A DNA stretch of 64,000 nucleotides. Source: Entomortierella parvispora E1425. Its lineage: Eukaryota; Fungi; Mortierellomycota. The position numbers and the translations under genes were made by a program. The notes under the pieces are model-generated. The model was not told the origin of the DNA. It was given only the letters and a program-made list of their open reading frames with translations, and made no database searches. The stretch's first letter is position 1. Every line of letters begins with the position of its first letter. The DNA is taken from NCBI GenBank assembly GCA_020891255.1, contig BQFW01000009.1, forward strand, positions 496,001-560,000. The letters run 5' to 3'. Of this stretch, positions 48,325 to 59,539 are shown in pieces.

Positions 48325-51300
48325 CTAGGACGAGGAACCTGCGTTGCCGCGGGGAGCCTTGACCAGGTCTTTCTTCTCCTCGATGGCGGAGCCCATGTTG
48401 CTGCTCTGGGACATAAAGGTCCTCATACGCTCCATCTCCAGCTCCGAGTTGGCCCTGACAGACAATGGCTTCATAGTCTTCCTCTTGATAAACTTGTAGA
48501 GATCCGAGAGACCAATAAAGAGACCCAGGACCACAAATACAAAGGCCCACTCGTAGGTCAGTCCGGTATGCTTGAAGACGCTATGGTTCATTCCAGGGAT
48601 GTAGAGGATAGGGAAGACCAGCAGCGATCCGATGACCATTCCGAGCCAAAGCATCTTGTTTTCCTTCAAAGTCTTGAGTCGCTTCCATGACCAACCACTG
48701 TCTCTCAAAGATCGGCAGTTGACCGAGTGTGCCAAGAGCAAGAACGTCAAACAAGCGTACGCGGTCGCACGTGCCTTGAAAACCCCTGTGCAGGCGTCAG
48801 AATACTCTTGGTTACAAAGACTGCCAAGGTCTCCATGGTTGAACCCAAAGAGCACTCCACAGTAAGCCGAAAACGTGAGGACACCCATGCTTAGGCCATA
48901 GACTGTCGTATCCATGATGACCTCGAACGAAAAGAGCCCTTGTTTGGCGGAGCGAGGAGGCTCTTGCATGTTCGAGGGGCTCGCAGGTTCGAGACCAAGT
49001 CCCATAGCAGGGGGAGAAGACGTAACCATGTTGAGGAACAGGATCTGGACGGCACTCATGGGGAAGACGGCGTTGCCATCTTGGTCCTTGAAAGCCAAGG
49101 CGACGACCAGGACCACAATTTCAGCAACGTTCGCAGCCATCAAATGCTGAACAAACTTTTGAATGTTGGCAAACATGCGGCGACCCTCGGCCACGGCCTT
49201 GACAATGGTTGCAAAGTTATCGTCGGTGAGAACGATATCGGCTGCTTGCTTCGCAACGTCAGAGCCAGACTGTCCCATGGCAATGCCGACGTTGGCAGCC
49301 TTGAGGGAAGGAGAGTCATTGACACCATCGCCGGTCATGGCAGCAACAAGTTTTCGACGGTGGAGAGCAGCAATCATCTTAACCTTGGTGTTTGGAGAGC
49401 ATCGAGCAACAACGCGAGGCAGCTCCTCAAGAGCATCAACCTCCTCATCAGTCATAGCATCGAACTGCCCAGCAGTCATGATAAGAGGGTTGTTCTTGAT
49501 GGGGACATCGTGGGGAATAATGGCGACCTCCTTTGCAATTGCGGCGGCAGTCGAGGGATGATCACCCGTGAGCATGTGGACTCGGATGCCGGCATCGTAG
49601 CACTTGAGAACAGCAGGTCGAGATTCGGCGCGAGGAGGATCGTAAATACCAACAAGGCCCAGGAATGTCATATCTTGCTCAACCTCCTCGCGATCAAGAT
49701 CGTGCACAAGATCGACGCCAGGAGCAGCCCTGTAGTTGCGGTAAGCGAGAGCGAGGACTCGAAGACCCTGCTCAGCGAGGGCATCCATCTTGTTGATAAT
49801 CATGGCTTCAAATTGTTCTCTTCCACCGTCCTTCTCGTCGCCTTCAGTCAGAGTACGCTCTTGATCACCAGACCGGTATCGAGAGCAGCATCCAAGAACA
49901 CGTTCCGTAGCTCCCTTCAAAAAGATGAGGTGGTCGCCAGCTTGGTTTTGAGCGGTATCAGGGCTCCTGTAGAGGACCGACATGCGCTTGACAGAAGAGT
50001 CAAAAGGGAACTCGGCCACGAGGTGGAATCCTTCTTGAACAAGATCGGGTTTGGCAAGGCCTGCTTTGTAGGCCAAAACTTGGAGGGCAATCTCTGTAGG
50101 ATCACCAATGGCAGACCATTGGCTCTCCACCTCGGGATGGGTCATCTTGCGGAGCTCGGCCATGTTACAAAGTGAAGCTGCTTGAATGGCACGAAGGTAG
50201 TGGTCGGTGCCGGCACCTGGAACGATGGCCTGTTCTTCCTGAGCTTGAGGCTGGATTTCGTTGTCAGACTGATCGCCTTGTTGGAAGATATCTCCCTTGG
50301 GCTCAAAGCCGGCGCCAGTGACTCTGTAAAAGCCATCACCGGGGAGCCACATGCGCACGGCGACCATCTTGGACTGGGTGAGGGTACCTGTCTTATCGGA
50401 GCAGATGTTGGTGACAGAGCCGAGACTCTCGAGACTGGATAGACGGCGAACGATAGCCTTGACCTCTGCCATTCTTTGGACTCCAAAGGCCATGGTCAAA
50501 GTCACGACTGCGACCAATCCTTCGGGGATCATGGCAATAGCGACTGAAATGGCATAGATGGCAACCTCATCGCTGTACCTGAACTTGTGAACAGCAAAGA
50601 CGATCAGGACCAAGACTGCGGCCATCAGGGAGACGAACCAAGCCATCTTGTTCAGGCGCTTCTGCAACTTGGTCGTCTCACCGCCGTCAACCTTCATCAG
50701 TGTTGTGGCAATCTGACCAATCTGGGTGTGCATGCCGGTGCTGACGACGATGCCTTTGGCACGGCCCTTGACGACCGTGGTTGAAGAAAAGACCATGTTC
50801 AAACGATCACCCAAGCTTTGGTCCTTTTCTTCAATCGCCTCCAAGTTCTTGTGGACTGGCAAGGACTCGCCTGTCAACAGGGCTTCATCCGTCTCCAGGT
50901 TGAAGATTTCAAAAAGGCGGCAGTCGGCGCCGATCACATCACCGTCCTCAAAGATCATGATGTCACCGGGAACAGCTTGGTTGTTGGGGATGGTGGTGCG
51001 CACCTCGTCGCGGATCACTTTGGCCGTAGGTGAGGACATGTTTCGGAGGGCCTCCATAGTTTGTTCGGCACTGTATTCTTGCCAGAAGCCAATACAGGCG
51101 TTCATAATGATGACAGCCAGGATGACTCCACCTTCTGCGAAGTCCTTCGTGGCGAAGGCTAGTGCCTATGTTGAAATGAGTTTAAGAATGAATACTATGG
51201 TTAGCCTCCTATGTGATCTACCCGAGATACGAGGCAAAGACAAAGTGGTGCTTCGAAACACATCCACCCATTGTTCATAAAAAAAGGGGGAGAGCAGGCG

Positions 51301-51554
51301 CGTACCGTGGCGATGAGCAGAATGAAGACAAGAGTGTTGGCGATCTGGCGCCAGAGGACTTTGTACCACTTGATCCCATCGTTGCCTTGGAGTTCATTGT
51401 TGCCGTATTTCTTGAGTCGAGAGGTAGCTTCTTGTGTTGTCAGTCCCTCGAGGGTATTGGTGAAATAGTGTTCGGTGACTTGGTCGACTGTGAATGTGTG
51501 GAAGGGAGTTTCTTCTTCAATATCAAGGGTCTTTTCGGTTTTGTTCTTGACCAT
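48325..51554 (-). CDS. ENA1: P-type IID Na+/K+ efflux ATPase (ENA family); 2 exons
   Basis: LTGES, ICSDKTGTLT, GDPTEIAL, KGATE, DPPR, TGDH, TGDGVNDSPSL, and MIPEGL in TM4. Confidence 0.9.
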
Positions 51555-51607
51555 AGTGCTTGAGATAGGATATGTTGTTGTTGAATTTGGCAGATGTAAA
51601 GTTGTGT

Positions 51608-51684
51608 ATGAGTATAAGTATGAGTATGAGTGTGAGTGTGAGTGTGAGTGTGAGTGTGAGTGTGCGTGTGCGTGTGCGTGTGAG
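51608..51684. repeat. (GAGTAT/GAGTGT/GCGTGT)n hexamer microsatellite upstream of the ENA start codon
   Basis: Directly visible graded hexamer array. Confidence 0.9.
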
Positions 51685-53063
51685 CAGAGAATGCAAGATT
51701 CAGATGAAGAATAGGAAAAAAAAAAAAAATAAGGAGGGAAATGGGATCATGGGCCAGTATTTATAAACGTTGGGGTCGCGGGCAGTCGATCGCGTTTTCT
51801 CGGTCCTTCGTTCTATAGTTGTTCCCCAGAAGAGGGAAGGCGAGGTTATTCAAGTTAATCCTGGGAAGGTAGACGCGAATTCAGACGAAAACAAAGCACG
51901 TCAACACGGACCTGCGGGTCATTCTCCGGCACAGCACGTTTATTTCATTCTTTCCTCTCGATGCATGATCGAGCAGAGACCAAAAAAGACGACAAGGTGC
52001 GATAACGGGCCCATGTGATCATATCTCGGCGATACGGCAGAGCTTTTCGGGGCCCCTGGTACCAAAATAGCCCACTTGCAACAAGCTGGTTCCAGTTACA
52101 GAAGGACGCCACCAAATTAAAGTTTCAAAGTGATGTCATGCGGAGAGTCACGGGATTAGGCACCCTAAAAACCAATAGAGTTCACTGATCTGACACAGAA
52201 TGGAAAACGACGAAGGATCTGCCCGGTCTTGGTTTTTCTCGACAGATCAAACACCCTTCCTTCCCAGGCGAAAAATAAAGGAGGGAGTGCGTCTAGCTGC
52301 GAAAATCAAACATGAGCATCGCTTTTGTGCCCTCAATTGCTCCCCGCCAACGTTGTTCCTTCACCAATATGAAAGTCTAGACGCAGAGCAAGAGTATGTT
52401 CAGGAACTGATTCAATGGATTTGGATCCCAGCATTGTCGCACGTGGGGCATTTTCTAGGTGCTCCATTGGAGCTTCAGGTATGAGCCTATGAGGTCCAAG
52501 CGTTATGGTTCGTGGTCGCGTCTTCTTCCAATCCGGGAACCGAAACCTCGGGAACCTTGGCTCTCGTGGTGCATGAACGCAGAATATATTTGTTCATTGT
52601 TTGTCTTTGATCTTGTCCAGCCGCCTCATTCTCCTTTACTGTGCTTGTCCATCAAGTTCCACACATGGAATCTGGAACCAGCAAGGTAGCTCCTATTGAT
52701 TAGGCAGTCTTTCATCCATAGCCTTGGGCTGGCTTCTTGCTTGATTCAAAGAAATATTGGGGACACATTCAGATTGGGGGATCTGTTGATCGTGAACAGA
52801 GGACAACTGTGAGTACCGCCCCAACTCCAGACCTGTTCCTGAGGACCCGTGGGGGGCTCCGCACCCCTTAATAAATGGTGCAGATCAACGATGGCTTAGC
52901 AGAGGCTCAGCTCGGTCCATGCTCTGCCTTCGCCACGACTTGCTGACACATTGGCTCTCTCTGGGGAAGAAAAAGGGAAAAAAAATCACCCTCTCCCCCT
53001 TTTCCCCCTTTCTCAACACCTCCTCCCCTCATTCCTCGGATTCACTGACACCTACGCAACCTT

Positions 53064-53987
53064 ATGGCGCCCGCCCCGGAAGAGCAATTAACACAGGAAC
53101 AGGCCTTTGGGATCCTTCACAAGATCAAATACCCGCTACTGGACCCTGAAGTCTTGCCCGAGCCGACACTGGACACGCTGCGCGAACTCAATTTCAGATG
53201 TATGACCACCTTCCCCTTTGAGACACTTTCCCTGCGCGCCACAGAGTCAAGAGCTGTCGATCTACGGTTGGACGCAATCTACGATCGTATCGTGAACAAG
53301 GAGCGGGGCGGATGGTGTTTCTCGCTTAACAAGCTCGCCTTCTCCCTCCTCCGCAGCTTGGGCTTTAGGGTCCAGTACACCCTTGGGCGAGTCTGCAAGC
53401 CCATGAACTATGGTGATCCAATCGTCTACTTGGGTCTCACACATCGAATGTCGCTGGTTCTGTTAGAGGACGGTTCGAAGTATGTCTTTGACATCGGATT
53501 CGCCACTTCGTCCTTTTATCCCTTGAGGCTACAGGAGCACTTTGAGGTGGAGTATTTTGGCCATAAACGCAGGATTCAAAAGGCTTTTCATGACGAGGAT
53601 AAAGCGCATGTTCTGGAGAACCCTCCAGAGGAACTTTGGCAGGTGCAGGAATACATGGGTGAAGGCGAGGACGGCCAGGAGCGATGGTCACCCGCTTACA
53701 CATTTACTGAGCAACAACACTACCCCGTCGATTGTGAGATTGGCAACTTTTGGTGCTGCTATTCACCCAATTCGCCATTCTATCAATCGCTCTGGGTAAT
53801 CAAGGGAACTGCCGACGGATGTTACAACGTGCTTATTAACAGAACGTTCAAGGTGCGGTCTTGTAAAGGCACCATTGAAAATATCGCCATCAAGACGGAG
53901 CAACAGAGACAGGAAATTCTCAAAAAGTACTTTGGCATTGAACTGACGGAGGAAGAATGGAGACACTTTGACATTAGAATCGAATAA
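53064..53987 (+). CDS. Arylamine N-acetyltransferase; intronless
   Basis: PFETLS, RGGWCFSLN (Cys), THRMSLV (His), FDIGF (Asp): the NAT catalytic triad. Confidence 0.9.
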   Translation: MAPAPEEQLTQEQAFGILHKIKYPLLDPEVLPEPTLDTLRELNFRCMTTFPFETLSLRATESRAVDLRLDAIYDRIVNKERGGWCFSLNKLAFSLLRSLGFRVQYTLGRVCKPMNYGDPIVYLGLTHRMSLVLLEDGSKYVFDIGFATSSFYPLRLQEHFEVEYFGHKRRIQKAFHDEDKAHVLENPPEELWQVQEYMGEGEDGQERWSPAYTFTEQQHYPVDCEIGNFWCCYSPNSPFYQSLWVIKGTADGCYNVLINRTFKVRSCKGTIENIAIKTEQQRQEILKKYFGIELTEEEWRHFDIRIE

Positions 53988-54197
53988 ATCTCCAGTCTGG
54001 ACGTTTAGTCGTCTTTATTTTGAAAACAGGCGATCTGATCACCCAACAATTGCTCGAGGATTTTCCTCATATACCGCGCCGTTGGTAATTCCTTGGATGT
54101 TCAACTGGGTCAAGTGCGGAAGCGAATCTACAAAAAAAAAAAAAAAAAAAAAGGAAGAGTTAGCATTCATTCCAGGTCAGAAAGACAAAAGTTAACC

Positions 54198-57100
54198 TCA
54201 ACTGTTCTTACTCTGCAATTGCAGCGCTTTGGCCTCAGTGACATCAGTGTTTTGCAGGTTCAAAGAGGTGAGCTCGAGAGCTCGAGCTAGAACTAATAAT
54301 GCTTCGTCATGGATAAAAGGATTTTCGCCAAGATGAAGTCGTTTCAAGTTGAGAGTGAAGAAAGCGCAGCGACCGAGGCTGTTCATCCCCTTAGTTGTCA
54401 GTCGTCCACAGTGCGGCATCGACAAGGTCTCAATTCGGGCAAGATCTATATGTAAAGTGGGGATGGTTAGATCAGAGAAAGAGATTCACCCGTTTTTTGG
54501 ATGCAATGCCAGGTAGTTACCTCGCATGTACTCTATCGCCTTATCAGAAATACTTGTACGTCCAAGAGAAAGTTCCTTCAGTGACGACAGGTGAACAAAC
54601 ACGGCGGCACCAATGTCTGTAAGCTTCGTGCCGGTGAGCGAGAGTATCTGTAAATGCTGAGCTGCCTCCAAGGTCAATATCGCCTCGTCTGTCACAAACA
54701 AGAATCCTGTTAAATCCAACTCTACCAACGGCAGCGCTAATAAAAAAAAAAGTATATAAAACAGTGACAGGTCAGTCTTCGAGCGGTTCTCCACAAGTTT
54801 TCTAATTCGGAACAAAATATTACAAGCTGCCATCGGAAGGACTGAGCGAAGGTCGTGCTCCCGGTTAGGGAACCGAAGAGTTTGGAGGCTAGGGAGACCT
54901 GTTCGAAGCGAGGACAGGATCAAAGTTTCTGTTAGCAAAGACAGTTGTGGGTTCATTATTGTATCTTCGCCAATTAACACATTAATTCTTACGAGTAACA
55001 CACTGCTCAAGTGCATGTGTGTCAACATTGACGCAAGAGGACAAATTGAGGAACTCAAGGGTCCCCAAGACGCCTGCTAGGGCAACGGCGTCTTGGCTGC
55101 AGACCCTGGTCCAAGCAAGATCCAAATGAACAAGCTCCTGAAATGTGGAGGCGGCCGGTAAAAGAACCCCTGGTTCCCCGAATGCGTCGGTGTTGTTCAA
55201 CAGCAACTTTTGAAGATTGGTCAAGCCTATGGAGTCCAAGGAGAATGGTATTAATTGTGCGCAACTTTAAATCGACCTGTATGCGTGAAATATCTACCTT
55301 GAAGGGACGACAATGCATTTCTTCCAGCGATGCCCTTGCAATAAGAAACATCCAGAGTCTGCAAGGTGGTGCTCCAGGCTGCATCTGCAATGGTCTTAGC
55401 AAGTCCTCCGGTGGTGATCTTTGTGGATGACAGGTGAAGCGTGGACAGATTTGGAAGATCTAAGAGTGCCATACGAGTCGTTAGATCCTATATACCAAAA
55501 AAGTTATCCTCATATTGGTATGCTTGTCTCTTACTCAAAGTGAAAGCAAGAGTTTTGTCCGTTATACGACAGTGAGAAAGATCCAAGAAATCAAGTTCCT
55601 CCAACCGTGCAATATTGGAAAATCCCGCATCCGTTAAGAACGTGCAGCTTTTCAAGCTCAAATACATAAGGGACCGACTTTGACAGGAGCCAACCGCATC
55701 CAAAAGAGAATCTGTAGCTCGAGAATATCCATCCAAAACGATATTGACAAGTGAGCTAGAGTTCAAGTACGGTAATGTAAGCCGGGTGGTCATACGGTAT
55801 GTGATCATGCCTAACCATGGATTGTCTTCTTACCATCTGAAGAAGCGCTTGAAAGATAGTTGGTCGAGTTGGTTCAACTTGATGAGTTCCCGAACGATAG
55901 ATTCCGCTGCTTGAGATCCAAGGTTATCGCCGAGTAGCTTCAAATGTTGCGCTGACGCGGCACTTCTGCTAGTAAGCATGACTATTGAGAAATGAGTCGT
56001 TCGGTCAATTGTTAATAGGCGCGATAACAAAGAGCGTGCACAGATAGAGACTGATTATACACTTTACCCGCTACTTCATAAGAGCAGAGGCTCTGCAGAC
56101 TTGGTACCATGCGCTCCCTGATTTTTTTCGGGGTCTGAACTGCTTCTGCTGTAGAAGATCCCTGATCCTTTGCTCGGTGGGCCATAGCCTCCAAGATTCG
56201 CTGTCGCCTATCGGTATCCTGGTCTGCTGTTGATGTTTCCGTAGTAGGCTGTTCCGCCGAAGCAGATAAAGACGATGATCCCAAGGCGTGTCCTACGCCA
56301 GCAAACGCCATTCCTCCTCGTCCTCTTCCTCGCCCTCGGCCGCGACCAGCGGGGGGATTTCCTCCATGAGGCAAATGTCCCAGAACAGGAAGTGCATGCA
56401 TCATGTCGTCCTGGTCATCCTCGTCATTGCTTTCATCTCCGGCTTCGTTATCCTCGTCCATGGACTCATCATTTTCCTCAGATGCCGGTTGCTGCTGTTC
56501 ATCATCGTCATCACTGGATGGCTCTTCCATCTCAATATCATCTGAAAGACGGGCGCTTGGTGCCAGCGGCTGTGGGGCTACAATCGGTGCCTGGACAAAG
56601 ACATTCAAAGAGCAGCTGGGAACAAGGCCCGCTTCCACCAACGTAAGGCTGCCTTCAATAGACGTGAATTCTCGTCTAGGAAATGGCTGGATATAGTGTC
56701 AGCATATCCAGCTCTCAGAGATCAAATATCATTCCGATGATATGGCAATACTTCTTACTTGGATAAGACTGATGTCTGCATTGCCCAAGTGTCCATCTTC
56801 TGCGCGTGCGATATCAAAGAGATCTTTCAATGTAGAGGTGCAGTCGAGAGATTTCTTGAGAACGGACCCATTCTTAAGTCGAATCTAGAGGGCAAAGCAA
56901 CTTGATGAATCGCTGTTTCCATTCCTTAAGCATCCACAGTGACCAACAAAAATGATAAGGTACAGCACTCATACCTGAACCATAGTCTTTGCAGATGCAG
57001 GCGTCGAAGGTTGAGGTGCTGGGTTCGAAGTTGACACAGACTCCATCGGTTGGGGTAGTGCACCAGGCATTGCAGCAGCAGCTGAGGCTGTGACCGAGGA

Positions 57101-57816
57101 TGAAGCGCCGGCGCCGCCTTGAGATCTTAGTTTGCGAGCTTCCTGATCCTCCTTGAAGGCGTTCAAAGTTCTCTGGCGAGCCAAACGCTCCATTGCCTTG
57201 TCCTTCTTGACCTTCTCGGCCCTTCTGTTGGCCTCCAAAACCCTGGCATTATTCTGAGCCTCCAGTGCTTCGTCCTTGAAACGCGAGTTTAGAGGCAATG
57301 GTGGAACAACATGCGATGATGGCTGACTCTTGACAATGTTGATCTTTATCTTTTTAGCACCAACAATTGTCTCGTCCGGGGCCCCGTGGGCCGTTGCTGC
57401 TAAGGTCGATGCTGTGGGCTCAGTTGCTGTAGATCCTGATGCCTCTGTTGACTGCGGCTGTGGCTGCGGCTCGGCCACTGAGGCTTTCAGTGCTTGCTGT
57501 AGTTCTGCCTCAAAGGTGTCGTCGGTTTCGTTTCGAAGGCGGAGTGTGTTTGAATGTCCTGCACGGGGCTCGATGGTGGCAGCATTGTCGAATATCCTAC
57601 AGCGCGGGAACATTTGGTTTGTTAGTTGCCATTATTGATTCCTTCGTCCCCCCACCTCTTGCATGCGCGTACATTCTCCCGTTGACCTAAGAAGATGCAT
57701 AGTCGTTACCATTCAGTTGCAGCCTCGACTGTGAGATTGCCAGCCTCGATGGCGGCACGCGCTTGGCTGAGACTGAATCCACAGTTGAGGAGCGATGCGC
57801 GAATGTCACTGTTCAT
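54198..57816 (-). CDS. UBA-UIM-coiled coil-UBX (UBXN1-like) fused to BC-box and LRR domain; many exons
   Basis: MNSDIRASLLNCGFSLSQARAAIEAGNLTVEAATEW (UBA); EAELQQALKASV (UIM); ARQRTLNAFKEDQEARK; PFPRREFT...LVEAGLVPSCSLNV (UBX); VPSLQSLCSYEVA (BC-box); repeated LxxLxLxxCxxITD-type LRRs. Exon joins are only partly traced. Confidence 0.7.
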
Positions 57817-58044
57817 GGTGGGTCGTTAGGTCGTGAGGGTGGTTGGGTCGTCGACTGTAGGGGTAAGGGGGCAATAGGAGAGGGACGAGGAAAGGGAGGA
57901 GGAAGAGGCAAGAGAGAATGGAGAGAATGGTTGAATGAGAGAGAGAAAGGAAGAGGGAAGAACCACCATGCTACGTCGCCTCTTCAAAAGGACGCGCTCT
58001 CATGCATGAACCGCTCTTTCTGCTTTGCCATTCCATTCCATCAG

Positions 58045-59496
58045 ATGACCAACGTCGCCCTCAACTTGCCCGAGATCTACGCTCATTTATCCACGTACTT
58101 GGGCCCCCTTGCTTTGACCCGGTGCGTCCGCGTCAGTCGCCTATGGCGCGCCCTGTTCACGCCTGTCCTCTGGCGAAAGGTCATCAAAGACATGAATACT
58201 GACAAAGGAATTCCCTTTGACGTTCTGTTCGATCACGCCCATTTTGTCCGAGACTTGACCTTCGACACGCCCTGCAACTTCCCTTCCGACCACCTTGGAA
58301 ACGCACCCGTCTTCTCGAAGCTCACCCACCTCAAAGTTGTGAACCTCGGGAGGAAATCTGCCCAATCGAGAGTTGTTTCTTTAGAGGCCTTTATTAGCCG
58401 CAGCTGCCCGAATTTGAGAAGCCTGGAGATTGGCGAGGCCCGTGTTGACGAAGGCGTGCGTCTGGACTGTATGCGCCATTGCAAACTTCAGCGATTCGTT
58501 CTCCATGCAGTGGTCATCTTTGCAGAGGATTGGCGGCATTGTCTACGGTCATGGAAATCCAGTGGACTGGAAGAGTTGGTCCTCGACATAGTCAATCCGT
58601 TCCCGCTGTGGTCACAGAGCAGTCTTGCTGGCATGGACGTAGAGGACCTCAAGTTTTCTATCAAGATGCTTACCCTCATAGTTCCCGACATTCCTGCTTA
58701 TGACCAAGTCGCTTTTATGAAGGCATGCCCTGAGCTAGTCCGTGTATCTTGGCAGGAGCAGCCCTCCGCGAGGCACACACTCCTAATTGAGGGCTACAGG
58801 TCTGGATGTTGGCCTAAATTGAACAGATTGGAGGTGGATATCAGGAATGACGAATCTTTTGCAGAGTTGATCAATGCCATGAGCTCTTCTGGACTGAACG
58901 AACTCGGTAGTCTTCCAGGATCTGGGTTTGGTCGCGCATCGTGGGCGGCCATCCAGCAATCCCCATCTCACCTCATGAGTCTTGAGACTCTGACCTTGGC
59001 AGGCAGTTTAAAAGTTACGAGTGCCATGGCCCATGATATGCTTTGCTCACTGCCAAACCTTCAGAGATTCTCAGCCAAACAATTGCTTGACAGAGATGTG
59101 AAGGACCCCAATTTGAGCTCCCCAAGACCCTGGGTGTGTCGTCGTTTGAAAGTTCTCCGTGTCGAAATCCTTGTCAAGGGAGATCCCAGTGGTCATGCCA
59201 TGTTTCTTCAAAGGATCAAACTCCTGCCCTGCTTGCAAGAACTCCGAGCGTCAGCGCTTACGCCCTATCCTGGCCTAAATCATAACCTTGCTTTCAAGCT
59301 AATCCACGGACTAGATATCCTCAAGGATTTGGGACATCGCCTGATAGAAATTGTCATGGACACTCGGTTGCTTGCAAAGGAAGATTTTGACTGGATATCT
59401 ACACACTGGTACAAACTGGACCGCGCTTCTGATGCCATCCTCGATGCATTTGATGAACGAGAGAAACGGATGAAGCAGGAGGGGTTTTATTTATGA
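58045..59496 (+). CDS. F-box/LRR-like protein; intronless
   Basis: ALNLPEIYAHLSTYL...LTRCVRVSRLWRALFTPVLWR (F-box); LRR-like body with PWVCRRLKVLRV. Confidence 0.8.
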   Translation: MTNVALNLPEIYAHLSTYLGPLALTRCVRVSRLWRALFTPVLWRKVIKDMNTDKGIPFDVLFDHAHFVRDLTFDTPCNFPSDHLGNAPVFSKLTHLKVVNLGRKSAQSRVVSLEAFISRSCPNLRSLEIGEARVDEGVRLDCMRHCKLQRFVLHAVVIFAEDWRHCLRSWKSSGLEELVLDIVNPFPLWSQSSLAGMDVEDLKFSIKMLTLIVPDIPAYDQVAFMKACPELVRVSWQEQPSARHTLLIEGYRSGCWPKLNRLEVDIRNDESFAELINAMSSSGLNELGSLPGSGFGRASWAAIQQSPSHLMSLETLTLAGSLKVTSAMAHDMLCSLPNLQRFSAKQLLDRDVKDPNLSSPRPWVCRRLKVLRVEILVKGDPSGHAMFLQRIKLLPCLQELRASALTPYPGLNHNLAFKLIHGLDILKDLGHRLIEIVMDTRLLAKEDFDWISTHWYKLDRASDAILDAFDEREKRMKQEGFYL

Positions 59497-59539
59497 AATA
59501 TTTCCTATCCAATATATTTTTTCTCATCTACCCACTTTA

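Noticed and set aside
48940-50175. 411-aa plus-strand ORF
   Set aside because: Antisense shadow of the ENA ATPase.
57763-58044. N-terminal extension of the 577-aa F-box ORF
   Set aside because: It overlaps the divergent promoter and the first exon of the UBA-UBX gene; the F-box starts right after the ATG at 58045.
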